DNA from: Rhodosorus marinus CCMP1338
Lineage: Eukaryota > Plantae > Rhodophyta
Length of the DNA: 64,000 nucleotides
Assembly (NCBI GenBank): GCA_029953675.1
Contig: JAMWBK010000002.1
Coordinates: 496,001 to 560,000, forward strand
Direction: 5' to 3'
The notes beneath the pieces were generated by a model. The model was not told where the DNA came from and did no database searches. It saw only the letters and a list, made by a program, of their open reading frames with translations. Position numbers and translations under genes: made by a program. The stretch's first letter is position 1. Every line of letters starts with the position of its first letter. Of the stretch, positions 23,874 through 37,167 are shown piece after piece.

Positions 23874-24844
23874 TCAAACGTCTCCGAATCTCATGATGTT
23901 AACGGTATCAACACAATCCTGTAGCTGTCCAGCTTGAAATTTTTCCCACCAGTTGAAGCCAGACGAATCCATTATATGCTTAAACCACGGGGTAACTTTG
24001 GTCTTCCCTAACTTGGCTTGCTCGAAGATGGCCTTCAGGAAAAGAATAATGACAGACCCGTCATGAGCCTTTGAAAGCTTCAGGAGGTTTCTGCGTTCTT
24101 TGTGGAGCTTACCTTGAGCTCGGATGCACTGACAAACTTAACATCATCCACCTCATTCGGAGAAGGATCGTATGCGAGGTCTTTCTGAATGAAAAGCACA
24201 TAGTCGATCTCATGCTCGCCCCACTCGCCCTCGTCACTGTAGGCCTTGTAGTGGATTCTTGTGATGTAGTTTAGTTCTTCCGGGGCAACAGATCCTTCCT
24301 TAATCCCCAGTTCATGCGAAAGTTTTCTGACTGCCGCGTTCTGCACACCTCGCAGAGTACTGCCGCCCGGGGAAAGTTCTTCGGCAACGTGGAGGGGATG
24401 GCTGCAACACGTGTTCGTCCAGTATGACGCAAAGGTTGCCTGACGGCGCACAAAAGCAAAAAATACATTGATTGCCTAGTCGTGGTGAGGAGAACTGACA
24501 ACGTTGAGCCAGATAGTTACCTTCACCTTCGCCCTCTGCTGCAGAAGCATCCTAAACTGGCTATCGAAAACGAACACGCTGAAAGCACGGTGCAAAGGTA
24601 GCTGCTTAGATGCATGGTGACTATCAACCTTAGTCGCAGATCCAATTACATTGTCATCGCGATCCAGGAGGATCACTCTCTCCTCCATCAAGCGCGCCTG
24701 CTCATCGTCCAGGTTGTCCAGTATGCCGGTACCCATCCTTCGCACGGCGTATCTATTCCCAAAAATCTTCGGAGAACTCAATCTCAGGGCATTACCGAGC
24801 AAGGGTCTACTACGATATAGTCCTGTAATCATAAATCCAATCAT
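23874..24844 (-). CDS. IDI1: Isopentenyl-diphosphate delta-isomerase type 1 with N-terminal targeting extension; 3 exons
   Basis: LHRAFSVFVFDSQ..LLQQRA, WTNTCCSHP, AAVRKLSHELGI, WGEHEIDYVLF, NEVDDVKFV and TPWFK. Ends DTVNIMRFGDV* at 23874. Confidence 0.96.
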
Positions 24845-25362
24845 AAATGCCTGCTTCGCAGCTCAGTCCATCCGCAGCCGTCCTGATCTCTGCCCAACCA
24901 CTACCCTAGTGTCAATACCAGCTACGGGGAAACTGGAGAGGTCCATCTGGTCATTCAATCGATCGTAGAGTTGGGACTGAATATCTGAGCGTCTCACAGG
25001 CGGTACATAGTGATTTTTTTTTTGCTCATCACAAGCCTCCTGCAAGTCTGTTTGCAGGCTTTTTCCCAGTTTATAAGAAGAGCGTAAGGGCGATTGCACA
25101 CCGTCCATATGAAACTGGTGATACGAATGGTATTGCTCTCAGCTAGCGCCAAGCTGCTGAGACGGTGGTTTCGGGATCCAGTGGTTTGAATGTTCAAAAG
25201 TGGACCGTACCAACTGTAATCGTTGGTAAGGGCTTGGAGGAGCTTACGAGGCAGAAAACGATGTTTTCTCGTAAGAGTTAGTTTGTATTTTTTGTTGTTC
25301 AAGGCTTCTAAGAAACGTAGATGAACTGCGTTTCTCTTTCAAGGGAATTGTGGGTGGTAGTG

Positions 25363-27395
25363 TCAGTTTGGAGGTGGTGGTGGTGGTGGCGGTGGAGGAC
25401 CGCCGTCTGCTGGCGGTGGAGGACCGCCGTCTGCTGGCGGGGGAGGCGGTGGTGGGGGTTGCTCCCCTGTCGGCGGTGGCGGCGGTGGAGGTGGAGGAGC
25501 ACCGTCTGTTGGTGGCGCTGGAGCGTAGCCCATCTGGTATCCACCACCGTACGCACCATAGGCACCCCATTGATTCGGATCCATTCCGTATCCGTACCCA
25601 TACGGATTTTGCTGCATGTAAGCTTGCCATCCATTGGCATCGCCATAGCCTTGAGCCTGCTGTCCGTATCCTTGCTGCATGTCGTATCCCATATTATAGT
25701 TCTGGTTGTTCCCTCTCCTCCCCTGTGCGATGGAAATTCCACAAAGTCAGCGCTCCGCAAAACAAAGAGTCGAAATAAACGGACGGGAAGATCTGCTTAC
25801 CATTCGTCCGTATCCTCCATGCTGATGTCCACCACTGTCTCTGTGGGGTGGGCCTCGTCTTCGATCATCACCGCGGTTCTCTCCGTAATCTGAAGCAGTC
25901 CAAAGAGAATGTGGATTGTTTCTTAAGCGTCTTCGCCTAGCAGATTGCAATCAGAGGAAATTTCTACGTTCTACGTTCTACGAACCCCTTCTTTCGTTAT
26001 CCGCTGCAGGGGGACCATTAACCCCTTCCTTTGGGGTTCCTGGATTTGGAGCAGCTGGTCTCGGGGCACCCGGATTCGGGTTCGAAGCAGCCGAGTTACC
26101 GCCACCAATCTCGGCAACAAACGACAAGTACTCGTCATCCAGGTCTCCGCCCTTCTCTCCGTCCTTCTTCTGCTCGGAATTCTTCATCGGGCAGTCATTG
26201 GTTGGGTGACTTCCGTCTCCGCAAATTCGGCATTTCAGCTGATGTCAGAAACATGAAAAGTTGTTTAGCAAAACTCGGCGGGACTACTGGCCTAGGTTAG
26301 TGAGTCGCTCACCCCTCCCTGGTCGAATCGTCTCCTCTCCTCCTCGAGTAAATGACGATCTCGAAGTGTTCCGTTCAGCGCCGCCAGCTCTCTCAGTTGA
26401 GCCTGTTTATGCTCGTTGTCATCATCGTCCAATGGTTTGATCAAGTCCTTGATCTTAACGATGCATTCTTTAATCTTCTCCCTCGCCTTCGGTCCTTGCG
26501 AAGTTTTCAGGACAGAGGAGTGAGTGCGGGAACTCAAGCTGGAAGTCCCAGTCTCGTGAACCTTTTGAAACTTACCTTCTCCAGATACAACAACGTGCAG
26601 GTCGTCGTTGTCATCAGGGGCGGGAGGACCACGTGCTCGACCGTCCTTCACGCTTCCCTTCCCACGGATAGCAACTCTAACCTCATAGTCCCTCTCGAGC
26701 TTCTTATGAGTGTTCCCGCGCGGTCCTAGAATCAACCCGATAAAGTTCGTGTTCGGAAATTCCTTCACTGGAAGATACAATTTGTCCGAGTATTTCTGGG
26801 GAAGCATTCCAGAAGGTGGGCGAAAGTTGGGGTCAAGCTCCTTAAGTCTGTCACAGAGCGCGTGTCGCTCTGCCTCCAGTTTCGCTCGTGCTCGGTCTTT
26901 CCTCATATTAATCCTTTTCCCTCTGGCATCATAGATAGGCTCGGGCGACGGAGACCGGCAGAGGTCATCAACGGGGATTTTGTTCTCATTAATAATCCTT
27001 GTAAGCTCCTCCAATCTCTGACGAAGCTGTAGCTCTTCCGCGCTCGTTTGATCCTCAGCAGAAAACCTACTCTTTCGTTTCTTCCCTGCCGCTTCTTCAG
27101 CTGCGTTGTCACTCTCACCGGGCTGATTCGAGCTCCATCGACTCTTCCTCCTCCTCTTCGGCGCCTCCTCAGTTTTCATTTCCACCCCAACATTTCCAGC
27201 TATCGGAACCGACCCGGGATCATACCCAGCAATCCCTCCCGCACCTCCAGGCTGCCCGAGCGCACTCAAGGCAGCCGCGGTTCCACTGGAAACGTCCGAA
27301 CCATACAGCATTCCACCACCCCCTCCACTACCACCGCCACCACCGCCACCGCGATCCCCCGCACCACCGTAATTGTGCGGTATCGTACCTACCAT
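25363..27395 (-). CDS. SF1: Splicing factor 1 / branch-point binding protein; multi-exon
   Basis: [23 protein letters not shown] domain [18 protein letters not shown]...[13 protein letters not shown]2 [13 protein letters not shown], spliced zinc knuckle [14 protein letters not shown], and G/Y/Q- and Pro-rich tail. Confidence 0.95.
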
Positions 27396-28999
27396 TCTTC
27401 CTTGGCGCTCTCCACAAACAACTTGACTAACAAACTGGCCAAACAAAAAAGAAAAGACTCTTCCTCAAAACCTGCAACCACAAAAATATTCACATAAGGG
27501 AAGTCACTCTACAACCAATAGAGCTAAAATCACAACTACATACTCTACCAGCACATTCCAACCTTGCCCCTTTCTCCCCTCCCCTTCCCAACTTGCATTT
27601 ATCCACCCCGCCTCCAAAACACAACGGGAAAGCCTCCAAAACACAACGAGAAAGCCTCCTCTCACCCATTACCATGAAATTCCAACCCAATTGGAGTATT
27701 CTCTAAGCGTCATCAATATTCAATCTATTATTTAGATTGAATATTGAAAAGATTAATTTTAAGACTATATTTTCTATCAACAATATAATATTGACTATAT
27801 TTTGTTTGCGACCCTTTTAAGGAGGGATCGGAATCATTCGTCAGGTTGGTATCTTGCGTTTGGGCCTGGAAGAAACAACGGAATTTTGAATGTCTTTTAC
27901 CTCGGGCTGTGGAGTGGAGTGCGTGTGTGTAGGGAAAGGTTGGTACGGAGGTCCTGTCCTTTCGAGCTGGTCCTGAGTTTAGAGTTTTGACCAGTTTTAG
28001 CTAGACTAGAGATTGATCCCGTATTGCCTCCTCGTAATGCTTTGTAGAAAGGAATTTGGTTGCTCCACCGGCTTGCGTTTATTTCCCTTCTTCTTTTGGA
28101 GGTCCAACCGGACTGTGGGTCCCGCTCCTTCGAATGAGTTCATGTTTGGTTTTTCCTCTGCTTGCAAGTATTATATCTTCGGCACAGTAAGATGGCCGTT
28201 AATGCGAAAAGTAGCACTGGCTGATCTGTTCCGAAGTACTTTCACGGACTCCAACTTCCCATATTGTTGCCCATGTTTTTACTTTGGCTATCTTTCCTTT
28301 CGAAACTTCACGTGAAGAAAGCAACGTGCTCACCTGATTCTGGCTTCGATCAAGATTCTCGCTCTGGCAACGATATTGATGCCCCCAAGTCTTGTGAGCG
28401 GTACCACGCAAACCAACTTCCAGACTGAAGATGTTGTCTGAGAAACCTCTATACCGTGACTTCTGCGTGCATTTGAGCTAGCTTTTCATGGGTGGCGTGT
28501 CTGGAAGCTTCACAATCGGCTCTGCTTCCTCTGAACTGGCCCAAATTCGGAAAGGTAACGAACAGCTTCAGCCTTGACGCGAATCGCCCTCCATCTGAAG
28601 ACGAGGTGTTTACGTCCTCGCTCTTTTCTCGGATAGCAACAGGGTTGCTAGTCTCAAAGAAAAGTCAGTCAATCGTACCTAGCGACACGCCTCCTCGCGT
28701 ACTCAGTGAAATGCGTTTCAGGCGAAGGTTGCAGGTTTTACTGACTGGACCTGTAGCGCTGAGTTGTTCTATAGACCCTCGGAAGATCCTGCCACTGGTG
28801 GTACTGGCCAGAGACTTAACAGCCACCTTTGAACAAGGGCAACTGTGTGGCTGCGTTGGACTATAGAAAGCCACTCTTCAAGAGCTCATTTTCTTTCGTT
28901 TTCTTTTGAATTTCCTGGATTGAAGTCAGTCATTGAACCGCAGTGCCTGAAATACCGCGTCCAGAAGTTAGTAGCACAGGCTCCTTGGTGGTGTTAGAA

Positions 29000-31400
29000 C
29001 CCGTTTGGTCTTGGAAAAGACAAGCTAGTTCGAATGGTTTTCATCAGGTGCCCCAATTCTGAACAGCTACCGCGGCTAGCGGAACAACTGATTAGAAGAC
29101 TTTTCTCGGGCTTTGAAGTTTCAAGCAACTTCGTGGATAGCTGCGCAGCAACGTTCTATTGGCGGTCGTCAGACAGCGAACAGGTCATCAGCAAAATTAA
29201 AAGGACTCAGTTTGGTTTTGGGATCTGGGCAGCATTAGCCGATCTCTTCCCGGCAGATGCCTCTCGAGCTCTGCATGCGGGCCCTCGAAGACGCTCTGTG
29301 GTTACCCGTATCCCGGCTACCCGCTCTGTTCCGCAGGCGACCTGAACTCCGCATCAGGGCGCTGATGAATCTCGGAGTCCTAGCAGTGGGCTGCGAGCGG
29401 AAAACTTGCATGCTTCAACCCAGAACGTTTGCCCGGCGTTGGCTCGATATCTCCGAACTATTGCCACCGAGCCAGAGATTGGCCAATCTGGTCTTCTCCA
29501 AAGCCTCTCAAGTAGCCAACTACTCCCGATTGACAAGAGCCCTTCGGAAGGAGCTGGTACGCAGCCATTAAATTTACGGCCTATCGGTCTCCCGGAAGCC
29601 TTGAGGAAGTTTCCCTCGAAGCGGATCTTTTAGTCATGCTAGTGGACGAGTTTCCGCATTTTTACTGCCGCATCAGCTTGGGGTCGGCGTTTCTGGCGGG
29701 CGTGAGGCAGCTATTCATACCATTCGGAACCACCTTTACTTTGAACCCGAGCATGTTCTGCTTCGCCTGGATTTGGAGAATTCATTCAATCGTGTTGATC
29801 ACAAACTCGCGGGATCATCCTGCAGCCCTAGTTCCTGAGCTACCACCCATCCATTTTCTCGGCTACGGAGACGCGCGCTCCTTCCGATGACCCCTACCAG
29901 TTTAGCTATACCGGTTTTCGATAAGGGGACCCTATCGCGCCATTCTGCAAACGATTGTGCATCCTGCGTTTCTGTCAGCCCCAAGCACTCGGTTTCGCAC
30001 TCTACACGGTGTTCGCCGAAGATGATGACGTAAGCCTGGTTCCTAATGACGAGAAGCTGGCCCTCCTTTTGTGTCAACAACGGCTCTCTTCTTTTGGAGC
30101 TCCGCTGCAGAAATCGAGGCATATGCGGTGACTATCGACACTCCGCGATTAGTTGAGAGAATACAAGAGCTGCATCTCCCCGAACTGTTGACGAAGCTCA
30201 GTCTGATATCGGTTATTTGCGCGGGCATTATTATTTCCGTGGTCTGTCTTTCAAGCCCTTTATTTAGAGTCTGCCTTTGCTGTTTGGCCAATCTTTGGCA
30301 GCGGAAGCGGATCCTATCGCGCTGAATGAGTTTGACAGTTTGTGTGGGACCAAGGACACATTAACGTGCCAGTTCTGACTTTAAATCTCTAGCTTGGGCT
30401 TGGATTGTCGGACGAGTACCCCCTCCGTGAATTAAGCTGCGCCTGAACCTTCGCGCCCCCACCTCTCACTTGGCTGTGGAGCTCGTGCATGCGAGTCACC
30501 TGACAAATGCGCGAATTGGTACCTTGCCGTCTTGGAATCTTATCCTATGGACAAACGCTGTTTCTCTGACGGATGCGTTCGATGAGCCGTCCGACGTGAA
30601 GCTCCTTGGCCAACTAAACCTTTAGTATCCCAAGAGAGTCACCAGCGCTCTTTTGAGGCACTTGTGGACAATTCTGAAGCGTCGGACGAGTTTTCGAAGG
30701 CGCCCATCTGCAGGACTCGGCGCGATCTCCTGGATCTCCTGAGGGTCACAATGCTTTCACCACTCAAGAGATTCGATGCAGCCTGCGTTTAAAATTCGGA
30801 CTGCTTTGCCAGGATCGATGACTACCCCTGACCGCTGCGTGTATCGTTCCGCGCACACCCAGAAAGGTACTGAATGACTTTTCCATTGCCGACCGTCTAC
30901 TGGCAACTGGACTCTAAGACCCAACTACCTCTGAGACGAGCTAACGGTACTAAACCGCAAGTGGCATTTGCGACATGTCGTCGTGGGACCTGAGCAGTTG
31001 ATTTTACGGGAAGTCGATTGGCTCCGGACGTTAGCGGTCCTCCGTTGCCGCACCAGCGAACAGTATGCATTGACGTGAGTGGCACTCACGCACTCGCTCA
31101 ACAGCATATGTCATGCGCAGCTAGTTCATCGGGCCATGAGCGTGGTCAGAACTGAAGCTAGGATGCGGGGCCCATTGTCGAGATGCTCTGGGGGATCACA
31201 ATGATTTCATTTGTGTCCATGATACTGTGGAGGGGTTTGCAGGGCTTGGGAAAGCAGCAACCAAATTCTTGAGGAAGCTGCACAATGTCTTTCGTGGAAA
31301 GGCGGGGCTTTGGGTTCGGTGAGGGTAGGAATCAATCGTAAGCTCTGGCGCGGTAACTCCCAGATGGCCGTCAATGCGATGGCACGCGTTTCCTCTCTAA
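29000..31400 (+). mobile_element. Heavily degenerate CRE/R2-like non-LTR retrotransposon (RT + restriction-like endonuclease)
   Basis: Across shifting frames: SGLRAENL, LRPIGLPEALRK, LPHQLGVGVSGGREAAIHTIR, LLRLDLENSFN, GFR*GDPIAP, RLAPDV...CIDVSGTH (RLE), EGFAGLGKAATKFLRKL and LWRGNSQM. Many stops and frameshifts. Confidence 0.8.
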
Positions 31401-32339
31401 TGAGTATTTTTCCCCCAGAACCTAGTTTGCTACCTAGTTGAGGGGGCGAATAACACCGATACTTGTCTTAGCGTTCTTTAGCGCCACTGTCCGTGATTGC
31501 CACTAAACTCACGGATCAGAGGTTGACCTTATGGAGAATCGGCTCAGGAAATTTGGAACTTGGCTTCAATTTTTGGGTTTCTAAATGATTTTTTCAGGTT
31601 GATCGAGCTTGGCGAAAACAGCCACATTTTGTCCGGCGACCGTCCTATAGGAAGCACAACGCTCTTGACTCACTAGCAGAAGGGAATGAAGCGACGAGCT
31701 CCTATAGTGGGCTTGAAGCATCTACCACGATCGCCCGACGTGGGCGCTACGGACAGTTGGAGCGCCAGCTAGGTGTTTTTGAAAGGTCGGTGCAGGTAGA
31801 GAGTGTAGCAGAACGGTGAAGCGGACAAATCCTATACCATGAGGTCGTGTATCTCTGACACGAGCTTAAACGGGCTTGACATTTTTCGAGGTCGAGTCCA
31901 CACGTTTCCGAGATAGGTTCGGAATATGCTACCGCAGTGTCTACGTTTCGACTGGAAGCGCGAGGGTGAACGCGACTACAATGAAAGTTCGCGGTCGAAT
32001 TTGAAATCTGCTTCGTGCATGAAAGCCTCCCTAGGAGCTTTTAAAAATCCTCCCGTCCATGCCAACGAGCAGTTCGAGAAGTTCCGGCTTGCTCGGGAGT
32101 CTAACACGTGAAAATTATATAAAAAACACTTCGAAATCGTGTAAAGACAGCCTGTCTTTTTGGATAGATATAATGTTGGCCTGGAGTTGGAACAGATAGT
32201 CGTCCTGAAGCTCCACAAGCTTATTCGGAGCAGAGCCCTCAAAGAACTGACCTAGGGACAGGACCTTGCTCGTACGTTCCGTATAGTCAAGTGAGCTTCA
32301 AAATCCTCAAGAGCAGTGTAGCAATGTATAAAATTGTCC

Positions 32340-32600
32340 TCAAACAATGTGAAACTCCAGATTGTCATTCCGGAAAGCCTTGGTCCTCTTGAAAAAATTC
32401 AAGCTTGGAGTGGCTGAGCAAATGCTTTACTGACCATCCTGCCTAGTATCTTGTACTCTTGCGCCGGTTCACCGCCGCTCTATGGCGATATTCTAGCAGA
32501 ATACAAACTCGCCAGCGCCGCCTTGGCTTGCAAGCTCTTGTTTCTAGTACCTAATTCGAATTAGGGCCTGCGTAGCGCTTTTAAGGCTATGCTAGTAAAA
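32340..32600 (+). mobile_element. 3' fragment of the RLE non-LTR family seen at 39259-41580
   Basis: SLEWLSKCFTDHPA*YLVLLRRFTAALWRYSS matches GLEWLRKCFAEHPTEYLALLRRLSVSLWRYSS. Tail GCGTAGCGCTT..AGGCTATGCTAGTAAAA is followed by CCACCACCAACCACC. Confidence 0.85.
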
Positions 32601-33195
32601 CCACCACCAACCACCAAACTACAGAAGGTAGCGACCAAATTCAAAAAAGACACGGAGAAAAGGGCCCCATGCAAAACGCAACCCTGAACTCCTTGTGAAA
32701 GTTGGCGCAGGTGCATACAGCTTTAACGGTTCCGTGGGCTGGAAGGGCTTCTTCGGAGAGCAGAAAAGGCCTTCAACTAGAACTCGTTCAATAACCCAAG
32801 TATCTTAACTACCCACAACGTGGTTCATTCCTTACCTTGAGGAACACGACCGCCGAGAAGCACCACTTGTGCACACGGAACTATCTAACGCGGCTTTTCT
32901 GAAAGTTTAGGTGCAGCAAAGCTCCTTTTTAAATCGCTCGAAGTAAACCCGATGGCAAACGAGTTTGCCACGCATCATCAGTCCACACTGAGACTCGTCG
33001 GGGTAGACTCAAGAGAGGAAATCATCGCGCTTCAAGAAAACGATTATTTTATGACCGTCGCCTCTTGGTTAATCTCGATCTTGTTGGCTGTATAGTAGTA
33101 CGCAAGTTAGTCGCCAGTTTTCAGGCCTCTCTATGATACATTAGAATGTGTTCTGTCCGGGGAGCACCGCACGTGCCCAAACAGTTGCTTCTGTT

Positions 33196-33805
33196 CTATT
33201 GTGATTCGGACTCGAGATTAGAGGATGCTCCTCGCCGCCGTCCCCTCGCCTCTCGCATTCTCATTAAGCGATTGTATCTATTCTTTGTTGCGTTATCCGA
33301 CCTTCCCGGTAACCGTCTCGCTATCAGGCTCCACCTATTTCCAAACCTTTTCTGAGTTTCCATGATGATCTTATCTTCCGACACTGTCCACTCCCGATCA
33401 TCAATATCTGGACTGAGATGATTCATCCATCTCAGTCGTACCTGATGAATAACAAGACCAAACGACCTCCAGTGAAACTTTCTTGATACTGGAGCAGTAC
33501 TAATTTTACTGTACCTGTCTGCTATGACGACGAGGAAAATGTTCCGCTAGTTTGGACCAATTCTTCGCCCCATGTTCGTCGACCAACTGCTTCAGAAGGC
33601 GGTCCTCACTGGGGGTCCATCTCATTCTTGTCGGCTGCGAAAGTGGATTGTCTTCCCCTGCCAGAGGGGAATCCAGTTCTTCTTCATGCCGAGGGCTGTC
33701 TCCTCCAAATTCTTCTCCTGCATCGGATAGCAGGGCGGAAACAGGTATTCTCTTGTATCCATCCCTCTCATTGCTCATTGGAAAAGCACCAAGCATGGCC
33801 AACAT
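33196..33805 (-). CDS. R2R3-type MYB transcription factor; intron 33442-33514, possible further upstream exon
   Basis: RWTPSEDRLLKQLVDEHGAKNWSKLAEHFPRRHSRQ|VRLRWMNHLSP and WTVSEDKIIMETQKRFGNRWSLIARRLPGRSDNATKNRYN. Confidence 0.93.
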
Positions 33806-36750
33806 TCCTCATCCAGCGGGGTTTCCAGACCTTTGACCTCAATCACTCAAACTCTCACCAACCTATCCTTGAGCCCAAACTAGAACTAACCAAACAAAAC
33901 GTCCACACCACGCCAGATCCAAACCAAACCTTCCTGTATCAACCCCTGTCAAGCAGGATGCCTCTTCCCAACCCCAGCACCCGAGCTCAACACCTTCCTG
34001 GCTATAAAACCCTTGTTCCAGGTATCCGTCGGATTTATCCTGCGTTTGCAATACTGTAGGGCTTTTGGGGTAAGTTCTCATCATCTAAACACACTAGCAC
34101 ACCTGCCCATTGCTCCCAGAGAGCAAAACCTCCACAGAAAGAATTTAATCCCTAAACAAAATGGCGCAGAAAAGAAGACAAGGGCAAACATCCAAACCAT
34201 CGAGGTTTTATGAGGAAATTACACCTACTCAGCCCTCTCTGGTTACTCTATAAATTTTATTCACATTTCTCATCTGTAAAACGAATACATTACTTCAACC
34301 AAAAAGCATTCGCCTTTTTTCAATCTGCTTATGTATCCAATTGGTTTTTCTAAAATATCTTGGAGGTTTTGGATTTTCTTGGGATTTCGACCGTATTAAA
34401 GAAATAAATTTTTTTACTAAAGATATCTTTTTTTCTTTCCTTTCTTAAGGGCGCTTTGTTAAGGAACAGTTGCAAAAGGCACACGCTCAGGAAAAAAAAA
34501 TAAATATAGAAAAAAAAGTCACTTTTCCCTATAAAAAAAACAAAAGGACGGCGAGACGCTTTAGGAAACGTTTTAAGTTCTACTACCCCGTCATAAAAAG
34601 TTTTAAAAAAGCCCTTTTCGAAGGTGCAAAATTATCGCCGTTCTGGGTACTGTTTCAAAGAAGATGGGATTGTGCTTTGCAGACGTCCATTTTTGGAGGT
34701 TTGTTGAAAATTTCATACTGTCATTGAAGCCGTATTCTGCTTGGTGAAGTTTTTTAATATAATTTTTATGCTCTACATTTGTTTTGGATTTTTTGGCCGT
34801 ATGGTAGTTGCTAAATAATACTCTTGCCGTTTGGCCGGTTTACGAAGTCCAGCTGAATTGCGGAGCAAAAATCATCACACAAGCAGAAGCTGAGATGGTA
34901 ACTAGTCAATTGAGGGGTTGATCCCTCTCTTACGCTACTTTTTTTTTTTTTTTTCGTTTTCGACGTGGGATGTCCCAAATCATCTATCGGGGAGAGGTTA
35001 GGTGAGCTGATCTTCGTTTTCACCCGCTCCAGCCCTTTCCGATCGTGAGCGTTGAAAAAAACACAATACACTTGGCGCCGCCACGTTAAGTTAAGCTCCT
35101 ACAGCATCGGATCCTTCATTTCCTGCTGTGTTGTCGATTCAATTCAGTACTCTCTTCCCCCCTGAAAACCGGGTTAAGGCCATGCCCTTGAACATAAACG
35201 ACAAAAAGGAAATACTCGCGAACACAATTATTCTTAACACTGTCACTGGCTAGCGTGGAATTTTACCCACACACTTCCCACTCCCAAACTACCCCTTAAA
35301 ACATCGTCGCAACTAAGTAGTGAGAAAAATGAGATTCATATAAACGAACCCGCATTAAGAATCCTGAAAACTATCGAAAAAGAATATTCCTACACGGAAC
35401 TGTAGCGAAAATGTTGATTCTGGCTCGGAATCGAAGGTGGTTAGGAAGACGAGCACAATGAGTTTACTCAGGATTTATAGACGCGGCGGTTGTCGTCATT
35501 TTGATCCTATTAATAGATATATTTGCGCCTTGAACGTTTTTCTTGGTTGTACTCAATTCGTTGCCTGAGGTTGGGAACACGTTCCAGTTTAGTACTGTGA
35601 GCGATCCTGGCTGAGCTTGGATTCACTGAAAAGTGAGAGGTGTAGTAGAAGAAGCGGGCGCTAACGTGGTGGGTGTGGTGTAATAAACACACAGAATAAT
35701 ATACAAACATCCGTCGTATGTTCATTGTCTTCGCTTGACAGAACGAACGCGAGAAACCAGCAAGTTCACGTAGAGCAAAGAACTACGTCCTCTCTGTACA
35801 AGTCGTCAGTGGAGCGTCGCAAGTTTCAGCAGAATCTGCAGGGGTTTTCGAGAGGACCTGCGTGCTTACACGCTCAATCCAAAGACTTTTCGTTGAAATA
35901 GTACCCTAGTACAGGACAGGTACGAAGGGTTTTGATGGGGACGACCATAAAACTTTCAGCCGAAAGCGTAACCAGCCGATAGATATTACAGCGCGGCATC
36001 CTTGAGGTTCAAATCGGGACTGAGGTGGTTTTTTTTGTGAAGGCTTCGGAATTTCAATTTGCAAGCGATTAACGTGGATTTTGTCACCTCGGTTTCAAGT
36101 TTCGGGTTTCTGGAGAGTATTTTGTAGCTGATCTTATTCATCTGATAACTTAAACAGACAAACTCACGCTTCTCAATTACAAAGAAACTAAGACTCGTCC
36201 CTTTCCCTTGTCCTTGCTCACTCTCCCATTGCTTAACGAAGCGGTCAAGTCCTGTCGGCCGCCATGCTAGTGAGTTTCGCGAACGCAGTCGTGTCAGTTG
36301 GCCTTCATTAACATCAACCAAGATCTTTCTGGTAAAATTAACCTTCGAAGACTTGGGGGGAAGCGGTATCCGTGTGCCCCCGCTGACGTCTCCCAACAAC
36401 CCGCTCCGGCCAGCCGCACTTCCCCGTCGAATCACAACAACCTCAACCCTACAGCTGCTTGAGAAAAAGCAAGCGAAATGTAAAACGTGCCGTGAGGCCT
36501 TGCCTGTACGATTCTGTTTACCCGAACGTTTTTCAACAAATGCTCTGCGGCCACACTTTTCCCATCCGATCCGACTAATAGGGAGAGTGGACTCACCCAA
36601 CGAGGCAAAAGTGTAAAGAAGGGAACGTGAATAGAATTAAGGTTACCAGTGAGATGAACCGGTAGGGAGCGAACTTACCAACAAAAGTGTGAATGAACGT
36701 GAATAGAATTACGGTAGCAGTCATAAACCGTCTAATAACATTTTCGCGGA

Positions 36751-36871
36751 TAGACTATTGAATGAATGTAGACTTTTACAAGATGTCGTATTGAAATTAT
36801 TCAAAACACAGTCCGATTTCCGTCCGATAACCTGTCCGATAAAAAGTCCATATTCAATCAACATTAGTCTA
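36751..36871. repeat. About 120-bp element with imperfect terminal inverted repeats and internal GTCCGA repeats (MITE-like)
   Basis: Left TAGACTATTGAATGAATGTAGACTTTTA versus reverse complement of right end TAGACTAATGTTGATTGAATATGGACTTTTTA. Three GTCCGA copies inside. Confidence 0.55.
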
Positions 36872-37026
36872 ATAATCAATCATCTCCTGTCAACGTATTG
36901 AATCATGATTACCTCTAGACGTGACAAACTACGGCTTCATGTATTGAATAATGATTTCTTCTGAGATGGACAGGCTGTCATTCACAATCTAACGGTGTTT
37001 CAGAGTGCTCAGATTCAAACAGAAGA

Positions 37027-37167
37027 AGAGGAAGCGAAATGGGATTGATTATGCACTAAAATTGCGGCCTGAGCTTCTGGAAAGGTTTCACTTCGCAAAT
37101 CGATTGTATTATTCCCGCGTTCGTAGCTGAACTGTCTCTACCTCGAACGAATACACAATCCAGAGAG
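37027..37167 (+). repeat. Left copy of a 141-142 bp direct repeat (second copy 43045-43186)
   Basis: AGAGGAAGC...CCAGAGAG aligned by eye with about 7 differences. Confidence 0.9.

Noticed and set aside
23880-23960. Apparent frameshift at the IDI1 C-terminus
   Set aside because: Recounting the A-run gives an intact frame, WWEKFQAGQLQDCVDTVNIMRFGDV*.
25244-25950. Stack of overlapping W/R-, V/A- and H/R-rich ORFs
   Set aside because: These are shadow frames of the GC-rich poly-Pro tail of SF1.
31920-32250. Protein-like short frames on both strands
   Set aside because: Stop-interrupted, no recognisable family, and not part of the adjacent RLE fragment.
36623-36722. Short direct repeat GAACGTGAATAGAATTA, two copies 73 bp apart
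   Set aside because: Only two short copies. It does not match the 42675 LTR, so it is not the missing 5' LTR.
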